Assembly: GCA_011055475.1 (NCBI GenBank)
Contig: DSDH01000573.1
Span: forward strand, 1-36,885
Reading direction: 5' to 3'
Origin: Phycisphaerales bacterium
GTDB lineage: Bacteria; Planctomycetota; Phycisphaerae; Sedimentisphaerales; Anaerohalosphaeraceae
Length of the DNA: 36,885 nt
Shown here: in pieces, positions 35,797-36,885 of the stretch
Position numbering within the stretch: the first letter of the stretch is position 1
How the letters are laid out: each line of letters opens with the position of its first letter
Notes under the pieces: model-generated
Database searches by the model: none
The model's input: the letters and a program-made list of their open reading frames with translations, nothing else
What the model was told of the DNA's origin: nothing
Program-made: the position numbers and the translations under genes

Positions 35797-36885
35797 ATGC
35801 CGATCCATGATGCGTCGCATCAACGACGCAACCACCTTGTGGTTCTCCTGTTGTGGCCGGCGGCGCTTCTGTGCAGTTGTGCCCATGCCTCGCCCTGGCC
35901 CATCCCCATGGTCGACTTGGCCGACCAGGCCCATCGTCAGGTGATCGTGGACCGCCGGCCGGATCAGTATCTGGGCCATCCCACGACGGTCCTGCTGGAG
36001 GACGGCCGGACGATGCTCATTGTGTATCCCAAGGGCCACGGCCGCGGGGCCATCGTCCTGAGGCGCAGCGACGACGGCGGCAAGACGTGGTCACAGCCGC
36101 TGCCCACGCCGGACAGTTGGGCCACCAGCCTTGAAACGCCGACGATCCACCGCGTCATCGACAAACAGGGCAAGCGGCGGCTGATCGTCTTCTCCGGCCT
36201 GTATCCCATCCGCATGGCGGTTTCGGAAGATGATGGCCGGACATGGTCCGAATTGCGCCCCATCGGCGAGTTCGGCGGCATCGTGGCCATGGCCTCGGTG
36301 GTGCGGCTGAAGAACGGCGACTACATGGCCCTGTTTCACGACGATGGCCGCTTCCTGCATAACGAGGGCCGGCGCACGCGATTTGTCGTCTACAAGACGC
36401 TCAGCACCGACGGCGGCCTGACCTGGAGCGGTCCCGAAGCGGTCGTCTCGCACCCGCAGGCCCACCTGTGCGAGCCCGGTGCCGTCCGGAGCCCGGAGGA
36501 TTCGCAACTGGCGATCCTGTTGCGGGAAAACAGCCGACGGTTCAACTCATTCGTGTCGTTCAGTGACGATGAGGGGCGCTGCTGGTCCACGCCGCGGGAG
36601 CTGCCGGCCACGTTGACGGGGGATCGGCACGTCGCCCGGTACGCCCCCGATGGACGGCTGTTTGTCACCTTCCGCGATACCGCCGCCGAGAGCGACACGC
36701 AGGGCGACTGGGTCGCTTGGGTCGGCACGTATGAGGACATCGTGAAAGGTCGGCCGGGGCAATACCGCGTCCGGCTGATGGACAACCACCACGCCTGGGA
36801 CTGCGCCTATCCGGGGCTGGAGTGTCTGCCGGATGGGACCTTTGTCACCACCACGTATGGGCACTGGACCGAGGGACAGCCGCCC
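35797..36885 (+). CDS. BNR/Asp-box repeat (sialidase-fold) exported protein, 3'-truncated by the window edge
   Basis: Not in the ORF track because it is open to the edge. My translation from ATG 35797 (SD GAGGGGAGAG) gives MPIHDASHQRRNHLVVLLLWPAALLCSCAHA... It contains four Asp-boxes: 'SDDGGKTW', 'SEDDGRTW', 'STDGGLTW', 'SDDEGRCW'. There is no stop through 36885. Confidence 0.8.
   Translation, partial: MPIHDASHQRRNHLVVLLLWPAALLCSCAHASPWPIPMVDLADQAHRQVIVDRRPDQYLGHPTTVLLEDGRTMLIVYPKGHGRGAIVLRRSDDGGKTWSQPLPTPDSWATSLETPTIHRVIDKQGKRRLIVFSGLYPIRMAVSEDDGRTWSELRPIGEFGGIVAMASVVRLKNGDYMALFHDDGRFLHNEGRRTRFVVYKTLSTDGGLTWSGPEAVVSHPQAHLCEPGAVRSPEDSQLAILLRENSRRFNSFVSFSDDEGRCWSTPRELPATLTGDRHVARYAPDGRLFVTFRDTAAESDTQGDWVAWVGTYEDIVKGRPGQYRVRLMDNHHAWDCAYPGLECLPDGTFVTTTYGHWTEGQPP

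Overview
This is a GC-rich bacterial chromosomal segment with about 33 protein-coding genes. I recognised no rRNA, tRNA, CRISPR array, transposase or integrase. The protein styles suggest a Planctomycetota-like origin, which is an inference: an H-X9-DG/DUF1559 pseudopilin-like protein, a giant exoprotein with a dockerin-like tail, a Tat-exported aldo/keto reductase and an Asp-box/BNR protein. The left third (minus strand) is housekeeping: rpe (truncated), pgk, gap, tilS, a TPR lipoprotein, ispD, a zinc-ribbon/DUF1559 protein, a class II aldolase, a polytopic membrane protein, a Tat-AKR, an M19 dipeptidase and a C26 amidotransferase-type hydrolase. The centre holds two tandem cold-shock genes with co-linear conserved leaders and a B12-binding radical SAM gene. 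It also holds a tightly packed plus-strand string: rarA, 5-formyl-THF cyclo-ligase, LysM-L,D-transpeptidase, a VWA protein, exbB and exbD. The right half (minus strand) runs clpX, a 771-aa helical orphan and a second exbD. It continues with a four-subunit OorDABC-type 2-oxoacid:ferredoxin oxidoreductase, a carboxynorspermidine-dehydrogenase-like gene and a 1822-aa secreted mosaic protein. That mosaic protein combines thioredoxin, I9 propeptide, S8 subtilase, two copies of a 326-aa module and a dockerin-like tail. A STAS gene, rnc and a truncated BNR/sialidase-like gene (plus strand) close the window. The best candidates for something undescribed are: (1) the gene in the tonB slot upstream of exbBD, which has a TonB-like SxxxH anchor fused to a VWA domain; (2) the thioredoxin-subtilase-dockerin giant with its unknown duplicated Cys-containing module; (3) an orphan ExbD translationally coupled to the oxidoreductase operon and followed by a large helical orphan. 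All functional assignments rest on motif recognition by eye; no searches were run.
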